DNA of 64,000 nucleotides from NCBI GenBank assembly GCA_963783305.1, contig CAWAMW010000002.1, positions 608,001 through 672,000 on the forward strand, in the 5' to 3' direction. Source of the DNA: an uncultured Gemmatimonadales bacterium (GTDB lineage Bacteria; Gemmatimonadota; Gemmatimonadetes; Longimicrobiales; RSA9). Below are positions 56,683-64,000 of the stretch, in pieces. The first letter of the stretch is position 1, and the number at the start of each line of letters is the position of its first letter. The position numbers were made by a program, and so were the translations under genes. The notes beneath the pieces are model-generated. The model searched no databases. It saw only the letters and a list, made by a program, of their open reading frames with translations, and was not told the origin of the DNA.

Positions 56683-59457
56683 TCACTTGCACTCGTACCA
56701 GCTCGACCCCGTCCCGACCTCGACGCGGAGCGGTACATCGAGCTCGAAGGCGCCCTCCATGAGCTCCGTGATCAGCGCCTCCACTTCTTCCACCGACGAC
56801 TCCGGCGTTTCGAAGAGCAGGTCGTCGTGGACCTGGAGCAGCATGCGGGTCCCATCACCGCGCCCCGCGAGCGCCTCCCGGATATCGATCATCGCGATCT
56901 TGATGATGTCCGCGGCGCTCCCCTGTACGGGCGCGTTCGTGGCCGCCCGCTCCCCGAACTGCCGTATGTTGTAGTTCCTGCTCTTCACCTCGGGGATGTA
57001 GCGCCTGCGGCCGGCCAGCGTCTCCACGTATCCCGCCTCATACGCCTTCTCGATCTGCTCGTCCAGGTATTTCCGTACCTGCGGCAGACGCTCGAAGTAG
57101 TTGTCGATAAAGGTCTTGGCCTCCTGCACGCTGGTCCCCAGCTGCTTCGACAACGCGTACGGACCGATCCCGTAGATGGTGGCGAAGTTGATGGTCTTGG
57201 CCGCGTCCCGCATCTGCGGCGTGACATCCCCGGCCTCCACTTCGAAGACCAGCGCAGCGGTCTCACGGTGGATGTCGGCGCCCGACCGGAACGCCCGTGT
57301 GAACGTCTCGTCGCCGGACAGATGAGCGAGGACGCGCAACTCGATCTGGGAGTAGTCGGCCGCGACGAACCGGAACCCGTCCGCGGGCACGAACCCCTTC
57401 CGGAGCTCGGCTCCGAGCTGGGTGCGGATGGGGATGTTCTGCAGGTTCGGGTCGCTGGAGCTCAGTCGGCCCGTGGCGGCCACGGCCTGGTTGAAGCTCG
57501 TGTGGATGCGGCCCGTGCGGCGGTCTACCAGCTGCGGCAGCGCGTCGACGTACGTGTTCTTCAGCTTGTCGAGCTGCCGGTACTCCAGGATCAGCGTGGG
57601 GATCCGGTGTCCCTGCTCCGCCAGCTCCTCGAGCACCGTGGCATCCGTCGATGGGCCGGTCTTGGTCTTCTTGAGGACGGGCAGCTCCAGCTTTTCGAAC
57701 AGCACCTCCCGGAGCTGCGGAGTCGAGTTGATATTGAACTCTTCTCCCGCCTCCTTGTAGATGTCGCTCTCGATGAGCCGGAGGTCACGCTCCAGCTTCG
57801 CCGACACCTCCCGGAAGAACGGCACATCGATCCCGATCCCCGCCCGCTCCATCTCCGCCAGCACCGGGATCAGCGGCATCTCCACGTCGCGGAAAAGCCG
57901 CTCCAGGTGGTACTCCGGCAGCTCCCTCGCCAGACGCTGTTCGAGCCGGAGCGCGAGGTCGGCCTTCTCGCAGGCGAAATCGCGCACCGCCTCGATGGCG
58001 CACTCCACCACCGGTGTCTCGCTGCGCCCCTTCCCGCACAGGTCCTCCCGGCTCGTGGCGCTGTGGCCGAGGCGCTGGAGCGCCAGCGAGTCCAGCTCGT
58101 GCTCTCGTCGTCCGGGCTCGATCAGGTAGGAGGCCACCATGACGTCGAAGTCGAGTCCCTTCAGCGCCGGTCCGATTCGACCCAGGGCCAGCAACGCATA
58201 CTTCAGGTCGTGCCCGACCTTGCGGATCGACGGGTCCTCCAGCACCTCGACCAGCGCCGCCAGCTCGGGGCCGTCCAGGGCGGGTAGGTTCAGCCCCTCG
58301 TGGTCGCCCAGGTCCAGCTCCCCGGGGCGGCGATGCGCCAGCGGCAGGTACCACGCCTTCCCCGGCTCGAGCCCCACGGCCAGCCCCGCCACCTCCGCCC
58401 GCAGCGGCGCACTCGCGGACCCCACGACGTGGAGACTCATGACACCCCGCTCACGAATCTCCCCCGCCAGCTCCCGCACATCCGCCACGCCCGTCGCCAC
58501 CCGGTAGTCCGAGGCGAGCTGCTCCGTCTCCGGCTCGGGCGCGGCGATCTCCCGCACCAGTCCGTGGAACTCCAACTCCACGAACAGCTCCTTGAGGCGA
58601 TCACTGTCCGGTTCGCTCACCGCGAGCGCGGCCAGGTCGAGCTCGACCGGCAGGTCGCGCATGATCGTGACCAGCTTCTTCGACAGCACGACCTCATCGC
58701 GGTACTCCAGGAGCGCCTCCCGTGCCCGCTTCCCGCTCACTTCCCCGGCCTTCTCCAGGATCGCTTCCACCCCGCCGTACTTCTCGATCAGCTTGATCGC
58801 CGTTTTCGGGCCGATCCCGCGCGCGCCCGGAACGTTGTCGCTGCTGTCTCCGATGAGGGCGAGATAGTCGCAGACGTGCTCGGGCGGGACGCCCAGGCGC
58901 TCCGCCGCGTTGGCCATGCCCACCCACTCCTCGTCCACATTCGCCTGACCGCCCCGGCCGGGGTTCAACAGCGCGACCCGGCCATCGATCAGCTGATAGA
59001 AGTCCTTGTCGCCCGAGACGATGACGGTGTCCACGTCCGAGTCGCTCGCCAGCCGGGCGAGGGTACCGATGACGTCATCGGCCTCGTGGTCTGCGAGCTC
59101 CAGGATCGGGATACGGAACGCCTCCACCAGGTCGCGGATCCGGGGCAGCGAGGAGCGCAGCTCGTCGGGCATCTTCTCCCGTGTCGCCTTGTACTCCGCG
59201 TACATCTCCGTCCTCAGGCTCGTCCCCGCGTCCATCACCACACCGAGGTAATCCGGGTCGTAGTCCTTGAGCAGCTTCAGCAGGAAACGCGTGAGGCCGA
59301 AGGCGGCCGATGTATTCTCGCCCTTGGACGTGGTGAGCGGACGGCTGATCATGGCGAAGAACGCACGATAGATCAGTGCGTAGCCATCGATCAGGAACAG
59401 GCGCGGTCGGGTCTTCTCTGGCAGATCTACCATCCAACTCTTCGTCTCGGGGAACAC
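56683..59457 (-). CDS. polA: DNA polymerase I
   Basis: 5'-3' exonuclease LIDG...YRAFF, TGRLSSSDPNLQNIP, DYSQIELR, KTINFATIYG, LQVHD. Confidence 0.98.
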   Translation of the reverse strand: MFPETKSWMVDLPEKTRPRLFLIDGYALIYRAFFAMISRPLTTSKGENTSAAFGLTRFLLKLLKDYDPDYLGVVMDAGTSLRTEMYAEYKATREKMPDELRSSLPRIRDLVEAFRIPILELADHEADDVIGTLARLASDSDVDTVIVSGDKDFYQLIDGRVALLNPGRGGQANVDEEWVGMANAAERLGVPPEHVCDYLALIGDSSDNVPGARGIGPKTAIKLIEKYGGVEAILEKAGEVSGKRAREALLEYRDEVVLSKKLVTIMRDLPVELDLAALAVSEPDSDRLKELFVELEFHGLVREIAAPEPETEQLASDYRVATGVADVRELAGEIRERGVMSLHVVGSASAPLRAEVAGLAVGLEPGKAWYLPLAHRRPGELDLGDHEGLNLPALDGPELAALVEVLEDPSIRKVGHDLKYALLALGRIGPALKGLDFDVMVASYLIEPGRREHELDSLALQRLGHSATSREDLCGKGRSETPVVECAIEAVRDFACEKADLALRLEQRLARELPEYHLERLFRDVEMPLIPVLAEMERAGIGIDVPFFREVSAKLERDLRLIESDIYKEAGEEFNINSTPQLREVLFEKLELPVLKKTKTGPSTDATVLEELAEQGHRIPTLILEYRQLDKLKNTYVDALPQLVDRRTGRIHTSFNQAVAATGRLSSSDPNLQNIPIRTQLGAELRKGFVPADGFRFVAADYSQIELRVLAHLSGDETFTRAFRSGADIHRETAALVFEVEAGDVTPQMRDAAKTINFATIYGIGPYALSKQLGTSVQEAKTFIDNYFERLPQVRKYLDEQIEKAYEAGYVETLAGRRRYIPEVKSRNYNIRQFGERAATNAPVQGSAADIIKIAMIDIREALAGRGDGTRMLLQVHDDLLFETPESSVEEVEALITELMEGAFELDVPLRVEVGTGSSWYECK

Positions 59458-59497
59458 GGCGCAGAATTCTACCCCGGACCCGCGCCGGGGTGCAACG

Positions 59498-59530
59498 AAA
59501 ACGCCCCGCCACCCGAGGGGTGGCGGGGCG
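59498..59530 (-). terminator. Rho-independent terminator of cold-shock gene
   Basis: GCCCCGCCACCC/GGGTGGCGGGGC stem with T-run on minus strand. Confidence 0.75.
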
Positions 59531-59551
59531 CCTGGTCGCCGGCATGCCGGC

Positions 59552-59884
59552 TCAGAGGTTGTCCATCATCTCCAGCTCTTCGGGCGGCGCGACTTCCGCC
59601 GCCACCAACTCCTCGGTGTCGATCGCATCGCCCAGGAGCGGCTCCGCGGCATCCGGCGCCTCCAGCGCATCGGCCCCGGCACCTTCGCCACGCTGGACAT
59701 TCGCCGCCTGCAGGCCCTTGTCTGTCTCGCGGACTTCGAAGTCGACTTCCTCTCCTTCGGCCAGGGTCTTGAACCCCTCCATGGAGATCGCCGAGAAATG
59801 GACGAAGACATCTTCCCCGTCCGGCTGCTCAATGAACCCATATCCCTTCGAGTCATTGAACCACTTCACCTTACCTCTCGCCAT
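59552..59884 (-). CDS. Cold-shock domain protein with acidic C-terminal extension
   Basis: [32 protein letters not shown]. Confidence 0.95.
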   Translation of the reverse strand: MARGKVKWFNDSKGYGFIEQPDGEDVFVHFSAISMEGFKTLAEGEEVDFEVRETDKGLQAANVQRGEGAGADALEAPDAAEPLLGDAIDTEELVAAEVAPPEELEMMDNL

Positions 59885-59936
59885 GAAACCGCCTCCTAAC
59901 CAAGGGTCTGCCACAGCTACTCCGCCAGCATTGACC

Positions 59937-59966
59937 AAGGTAAGGAGCCCAATTCCAGAGCGTCAA
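59937..59966 (-). promoter_or_regulatory. Sigma70-type promoter of cold-shock gene
   Basis: TTGACG-18-TACCTT on minus strand. Confidence 0.6.
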
Positions 59967-60568
59967 GAAAAAAATGTCACGCCAGTGGCAAGGCCGGTGA
60001 CCTGGACGGCGGCGGCCGTGGCCATCGGAAGGTAGAGGTTGTCATCCACGGGGAGGGTCAGCGCCTCGATGCCGGTAAGACCGATTGCGAGCATAACCGC
60101 TCCGGGAGCGGGCAGTCCCGGCAGGAGCAGTGACAGCGGCAGAACCACGGCGAGGAACCCCAGGCTGCCCTCCACGCTCTTGCCCCCCGGGTACCGGTGT
60201 CTGCCGAAGCGCCTCCCCACCACCGCGGCCACCGCATCGGCCCCGCCGGCCACGAGGATCCCCGCGAGCGCCGGTACACCGGGGAAGGCGACCACTGCGG
60301 TGGTGTACCCCAGCGCCAGGGTCGTGGCGCCCGTCAGACGACCGCCCTCGCCCGAACGGAGCAGATGCCCCAGATGACGGTCGAACAACGAGGCGGTCGA
60401 ACGGGTGGCTCGCCGCGCCAGCTCCACGCCCAGCGCCAGGAATGTTGCCGCCGCGAAAGTCGTCGCGGCCGCGAGTGGCGGGAGCTGCCAGACCACGGCG
60501 GCGGCCACCAGCGACACCAGCAGGTGGACGGATTTCCGAGTCGCTTCTCCGCGGACGCTGGTGGTCAT
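59963..60568 (-). CDS. Polyprenol/dolichol/phytol kinase-like membrane protein (CTP transferase family)
   Basis: RKSVH, ADAVAAVVGRRFG, KSVEGS, DDNL. Confidence 0.85.
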   Translation of the reverse strand: MTTSVRGEATRKSVHLLVSLVAAAVVWQLPPLAAATTFAAATFLALGVELARRATRSTASLFDRHLGHLLRSGEGGRLTGATTLALGYTTAVVAFPGVPALAGILVAGGADAVAAVVGRRFGRHRYPGGKSVEGSLGFLAVVLPLSLLLPGLPAPGAVMLAIGLTGIEALTLPVDDNLYLPMATAAAVQVTGLATGVTFFS

Positions 60569-60580
60569 GGCTCGCCGACG

Positions 60581-62974
60581 TCAGCCCCCGGCCGGGCGCG
60601 GGGCGGGATAGAGAGCCCGGTAGAGGGCCCGGTTGGTCAGCACGTGCCGGATGTAGTCCCGTGTCTCACGGTACGGCACCCGCTCGATGAACAGCTCCTG
60701 GTCCCGCGCCTCCGGCAGTGACAGCCAGCGCGCCGCGCGCGTCGGCCCGGCGTTGTACGCCGACAGGACGAGCGGTAGCACGCCGTCATAGCGCTCCAGC
60801 ATGGTCGCCAGGTAGCGGGTCCCGAAGTGTATGTTCACATCCGGCTGTTTCAGCAGCTCCGGGTCGTAGTCGCGCAGCCCGGCCTCGCCCGCCAGCATTC
60901 CACCGGTCGCCGGCATTACCTGCATCAGCCCGATGGCCCCGGCACCGCTGGTAACGGCAGGGCTGAAAGCCGACTCCTGACGGATGAGCCCCGCCACCAG
61001 GTAGGGGTCGAGCTTCAGACTCTGTGCCTCGGGCTCGATCATGGACCGGAAGGGGAACGGGTAGACGATCCGCAGGAGGCGCGGGTTCCATGCGCCGTTC
61101 CTGCGCCGCAGGTCCCAGCCGATCCCGATCGCCGTCAGCGTGTGGCCGCGCTCGATCAGCGCCTCGGCCAGGGCGTACTCGGCCGCATCCCTGCCCTCGA
61201 CGGCGCCACGCAGCCGCTCCACCTCCCGGACCAGCTCCCCTCGCACCTCGAGATCGGAGAGCACATCCACCCGCCGGAGGCCGCTCGCCAGCGTTTCGAC
61301 CAGGTCCGGCGCCAGCGCGGCGGGCGGCGGCGCGGCGCTCAGCCCCTGGAGCACGGGAACCCCGAGGATCTCGGCAGCGCGCACACCGTGATACGACAAC
61401 GGGTCCTTCTGCCTGAGCTCCTGCAGCCGGGCCCGGGCGTCCGCCGCCCGCCCCAGCGCCTCGTAGGCCCGCGCGGCCCAGTACGTGGACTGGGCCCACC
61501 GTCGCCCATCCGGATGCAGTCGACGATACTCCTCGAACACCGCCACAGCGCCCTGGTAGTCCTCGTCGAGAAGATCGAGCCCACCCAGCCGCATGAGCGC
61601 CAGGCCCGCCTCGTTCAGCGCCGGGGATGCGTCCGCCGCCTGTCGATAGAACCGCCGTGCCTCATCGATCTCCAGGTCGTCGTGCTTCAGGTCGGCCAGC
61701 AGGTATAGACCCCGAGTCACCGCCTCCTCGCCGGGGAACAGCTCCGGGAGACGGGCCAGGGTCCGCTGCCCGGCGTCACCCCGGCCCTGCCGGTACTGGG
61801 CGCGACCCGCCAGGTAGAGCGCCTCTGCGCCCATCGCTGGGGGCACTCCCTCGCTCCCCCCCAGCTCCAGCAGCCCCCGCTCCGCCTCGTCATAACGCCC
61901 CGCGGCGAATCCCGCCCGCCCCAGACGGAGCCGGACGTCCCGGCGCTCCGCCTCGGAGCCGCGGCCCGATTCGAGGTAGACGGTGTAGCCGCGGACCGCG
62001 CGCTGCGGGTTGCCGTGGCGAGCATAAATGTCGGCGATGAGCCGCCACTCGTCGGGCTCGGGATGGAGCTCGGTCAGCACGCGCGCGCCGTCCACCGCTC
62101 CCAGCGCTGCGGGATCCTCCATGGCGGCGAGGAAAGCGCTGCGGGCACGGGTGGTGTCGCCGGCCGCGAGCCGCAGCGCTCCGAGCTCCGACCACGCCGC
62201 CGACCGCGTGGCGCCCGCGCTCGTCTGCGCGGTCTCCAGCGCGATCTCCCGGGCGGCCATGCTGTCACCGGCCTCCCGGGCGGCCGAGAGCCTGAGCCTC
62301 CACGTGCCGCCGGCCGCCAGCGCGCCCGCCCCCGCCAGGTGCCGCCGGAGCGCGGCGGTGTCACCAGCGGCCGCCGCAGTTCGGGCGGCGAAGAGGCTCG
62401 ACCAGTCGCTCATCCACGGCAGGAGCCGTCCCGCCCTCTCGAACGCCGCCAGCGCGTCGGCGTTCTCGTCGGCCGCGGCGTAGGCGAGTCCTCTGCGCAG
62501 CTCCGCCACGCCCCGGTCGCGGTCGCTCTCCTGCACCGCGATGTAATGGCCCAACGCCTCCGCGCCCGCGGCGGGCTGCCCCCGCTCGATCCGGCTGCGG
62601 GCCAGCAGCTCCCACCCCGCACCTTCTTCCACCTCTCCCAGCCAGTTCCTCCCCTCGAGGAGGCGAGCCACGGGCCCCCACCGACCCCAGCCCGCGTTCA
62701 GTCGGGCCGTGTAGAGGATGAGCGTCGGTGTGGTGTCGGCGAGCGTGGCCAGGTGCGCGTCCATGAGCCGGCTCGCTCGCCAGTACCGCCCGTCCGCTGC
62801 CGCGCTCAGCACCGCGTCCGGAACACCGCCGGATGGTGGGGCTACGGGCGAGTCAGCCGGGATCGAAGTGGCACGGAGCGATGGGGCCGGGACCGCGGCA
62901 TCACCCACCCTCCAGGCGGGCAGGGCGAACGCGGTGGTGGAGAGCAGCACAAGCATGATGGAATAGAGCTTCAT
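60581..62974 (-). CDS. Soluble lytic transglycosylase (Slt70-like, TPR-rich)
   Basis: IRQESAF, GAIGLMQVMP, SAYNAG, ETRDY. Confidence 0.92.
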   Translation of the reverse strand: MKLYSIMLVLLSTTAFALPAWRVGDAAVPAPSLRATSIPADSPVAPPSGGVPDAVLSAAADGRYWRASRLMDAHLATLADTTPTLILYTARLNAGWGRWGPVARLLEGRNWLGEVEEGAGWELLARSRIERGQPAAGAEALGHYIAVQESDRDRGVAELRRGLAYAAADENADALAAFERAGRLLPWMSDWSSLFAARTAAAAGDTAALRRHLAGAGALAAGGTWRLRLSAAREAGDSMAAREIALETAQTSAGATRSAAWSELGALRLAAGDTTRARSAFLAAMEDPAALGAVDGARVLTELHPEPDEWRLIADIYARHGNPQRAVRGYTVYLESGRGSEAERRDVRLRLGRAGFAAGRYDEAERGLLELGGSEGVPPAMGAEALYLAGRAQYRQGRGDAGQRTLARLPELFPGEEAVTRGLYLLADLKHDDLEIDEARRFYRQAADASPALNEAGLALMRLGGLDLLDEDYQGAVAVFEEYRRLHPDGRRWAQSTYWAARAYEALGRAADARARLQELRQKDPLSYHGVRAAEILGVPVLQGLSAAPPPAALAPDLVETLASGLRRVDVLSDLEVRGELVREVERLRGAVEGRDAAEYALAEALIERGHTLTAIGIGWDLRRRNGAWNPRLLRIVYPFPFRSMIEPEAQSLKLDPYLVAGLIRQESAFSPAVTSGAGAIGLMQVMPATGGMLAGEAGLRDYDPELLKQPDVNIHFGTRYLATMLERYDGVLPLVLSAYNAGPTRAARWLSLPEARDQELFIERVPYRETRDYIRHVLTNRALYRALYPAPRPAGG

Positions 62975-63027
62975 GGAATCCTGCCGTTGCAACTGTCGAG
63001 CCCCGCGGCCGCGCCGGCGCCCATGAT

Positions 63028-63061
63028 GAGAAAAGGCCACCGAACCGGGTGGCCTTCTCTC
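63028..63061. terminator. Hairpin terminator downstream of exbB/tolQ-like gene
   Basis: GAGAAAAGGCCACC...GGTGGCCTTCTCTC inverted repeat. Confidence 0.65.
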
Positions 63062-63088
63062 TTGGCGATGAGCAGGTGCCGCGTCACG

Positions 63089-63802
63089 TCACCTCGTAGT
63101 CGCGCCGGCGCTGATCTCCTGCAGCGTGTCGATCATCTTCTGCGCAGACTCCTCCATGTCGATGACCAGACGGTCGACCTTCGTCACGAAGTAGTTGTGC
63201 ATGATGTTGATCGGAATCGCGATTGTCAGACCGGCCGCCGTCGTGATCAGGGCGACCTTGATGCCGCCCGCCACCAGCGTGGCCTCCACCTCACCGGCCG
63301 CCTCGATGTTCTGGAACGCCTGGATCATCCCGATCACCGTCCCGAGGAACCCGAGCAGCGGCGCCACGTTCGCGATCGTCGCAAGCCATACCAGGCCACT
63401 CTCGAGACCGGCCATCTGGATCAGGCCCACGTTCTCAATGGCCTTCATCACGCGCTCACTGCCCTCATCATGGCGCTCGAGGCCCGCCAGCAGGATACGG
63501 CCGGCCGGCGTGTCTGACTCACGAGCCGCCGCAATCGCACCCGGCACATCCCGCTGCGCAAGCCGCTCGTCCACCTCGCGGAGGACCTTCTTCGTACGGG
63601 AGCTCGTGACCGAAAGATCGATGAGCTTCCAGACGATGATGATGATACCGATGGCCAGCGCGGCCCCCAGCGGCCACATCATGAAACCACCGTCCTCCCA
63701 GATCGAGACCATCCACTCGGTCACAGAGAGGTCCGGACTTTCCATCCCCGGGATCTGAAGCGCGAGGTTCAGGAAGGTGACACCGCTCAAGTTTGCCTCC
63801 AT
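63089..63802 (-). CDS. MotA/TolQ/ExbB proton channel family protein
   Basis: APLLGFLGTVIGMI, GGIKVALITTAAGL. Confidence 0.93.
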   Translation of the reverse strand: MEANLSGVTFLNLALQIPGMESPDLSVTEWMVSIWEDGGFMMWPLGAALAIGIIIIVWKLIDLSVTSSRTKKVLREVDERLAQRDVPGAIAAARESDTPAGRILLAGLERHDEGSERVMKAIENVGLIQMAGLESGLVWLATIANVAPLLGFLGTVIGMIQAFQNIEAAGEVEATLVAGGIKVALITTAAGLTIAIPINIMHNYFVTKVDRLVIDMEESAQKMIDTLQEISAGATTR

Positions 63803-63875
63803 TCAGCCATCTGCGAACACCGCCCGATCGTCGGACGGCGAAGGTAGTACGCTAGTTTTTTGAACAGGGAACGGC

Positions 63876-63904
63876 AAGGTAGATGGCCCCCCAGAGGGTG
63901 TCAA
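63876..63904 (-). promoter_or_regulatory. Sigma70-type promoter
   Basis: TTGACA-17-TACCTT on minus strand. Confidence 0.75.
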
Positions 63905-64000
63905 CCCCGACAGGCCACGCCCCGCAGACTCTCAGCGCCCGGGCGGCACGGCCCCTACCCGGCGCCGGGTGCCGGTGCCGAAGCCATGCCGGCGGACAGA

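Overview
High-GC bacterial chromosomal window. The gene set (two region-1.1-less RpoD-like sigma factors, TonB/Omp85 proteins, a DUF2723 protein) suggests a diderm, probably Gemmatimonadota; this is inferred, not tested. Most of it is housekeeping: queE, ftsH, trpE, sbcCD, a cobalamin-riboswitch-controlled btuFCDB operon, rsgA, pckA, maeB, ssb, polA, a cold-shock protein, a lytic transglycosylase and exbB/tolQ. The main anomaly is a ~2.2 kb island (about 12750-14960) between a DHH phosphoesterase and ftsH. It holds a decayed CRISPR array with type I-G (I-U)-like repeats and no cas genes in the window, a 24-bp-periodic motif array, a solo AbiEi-wHTH/DUF559 (Vsr-like) nuclease gene and two more tandem-repeat families. 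Other points of interest: a methyltransferase / flavin oxidoreductase / SRPBCC / ketosynthase mini-cluster without ACP or CLF, an alpha-oxoamine synthase paired with a Zn-dehydrogenase, a sigma-factor leader containing a terminator-like hairpin, an HExxH/LPD1-like lipoprotein behind an HNH gene, and a membrane-SDR fusion with an internal ribosome-binding site. All calls come from reading motifs by eye; no database searches were run.
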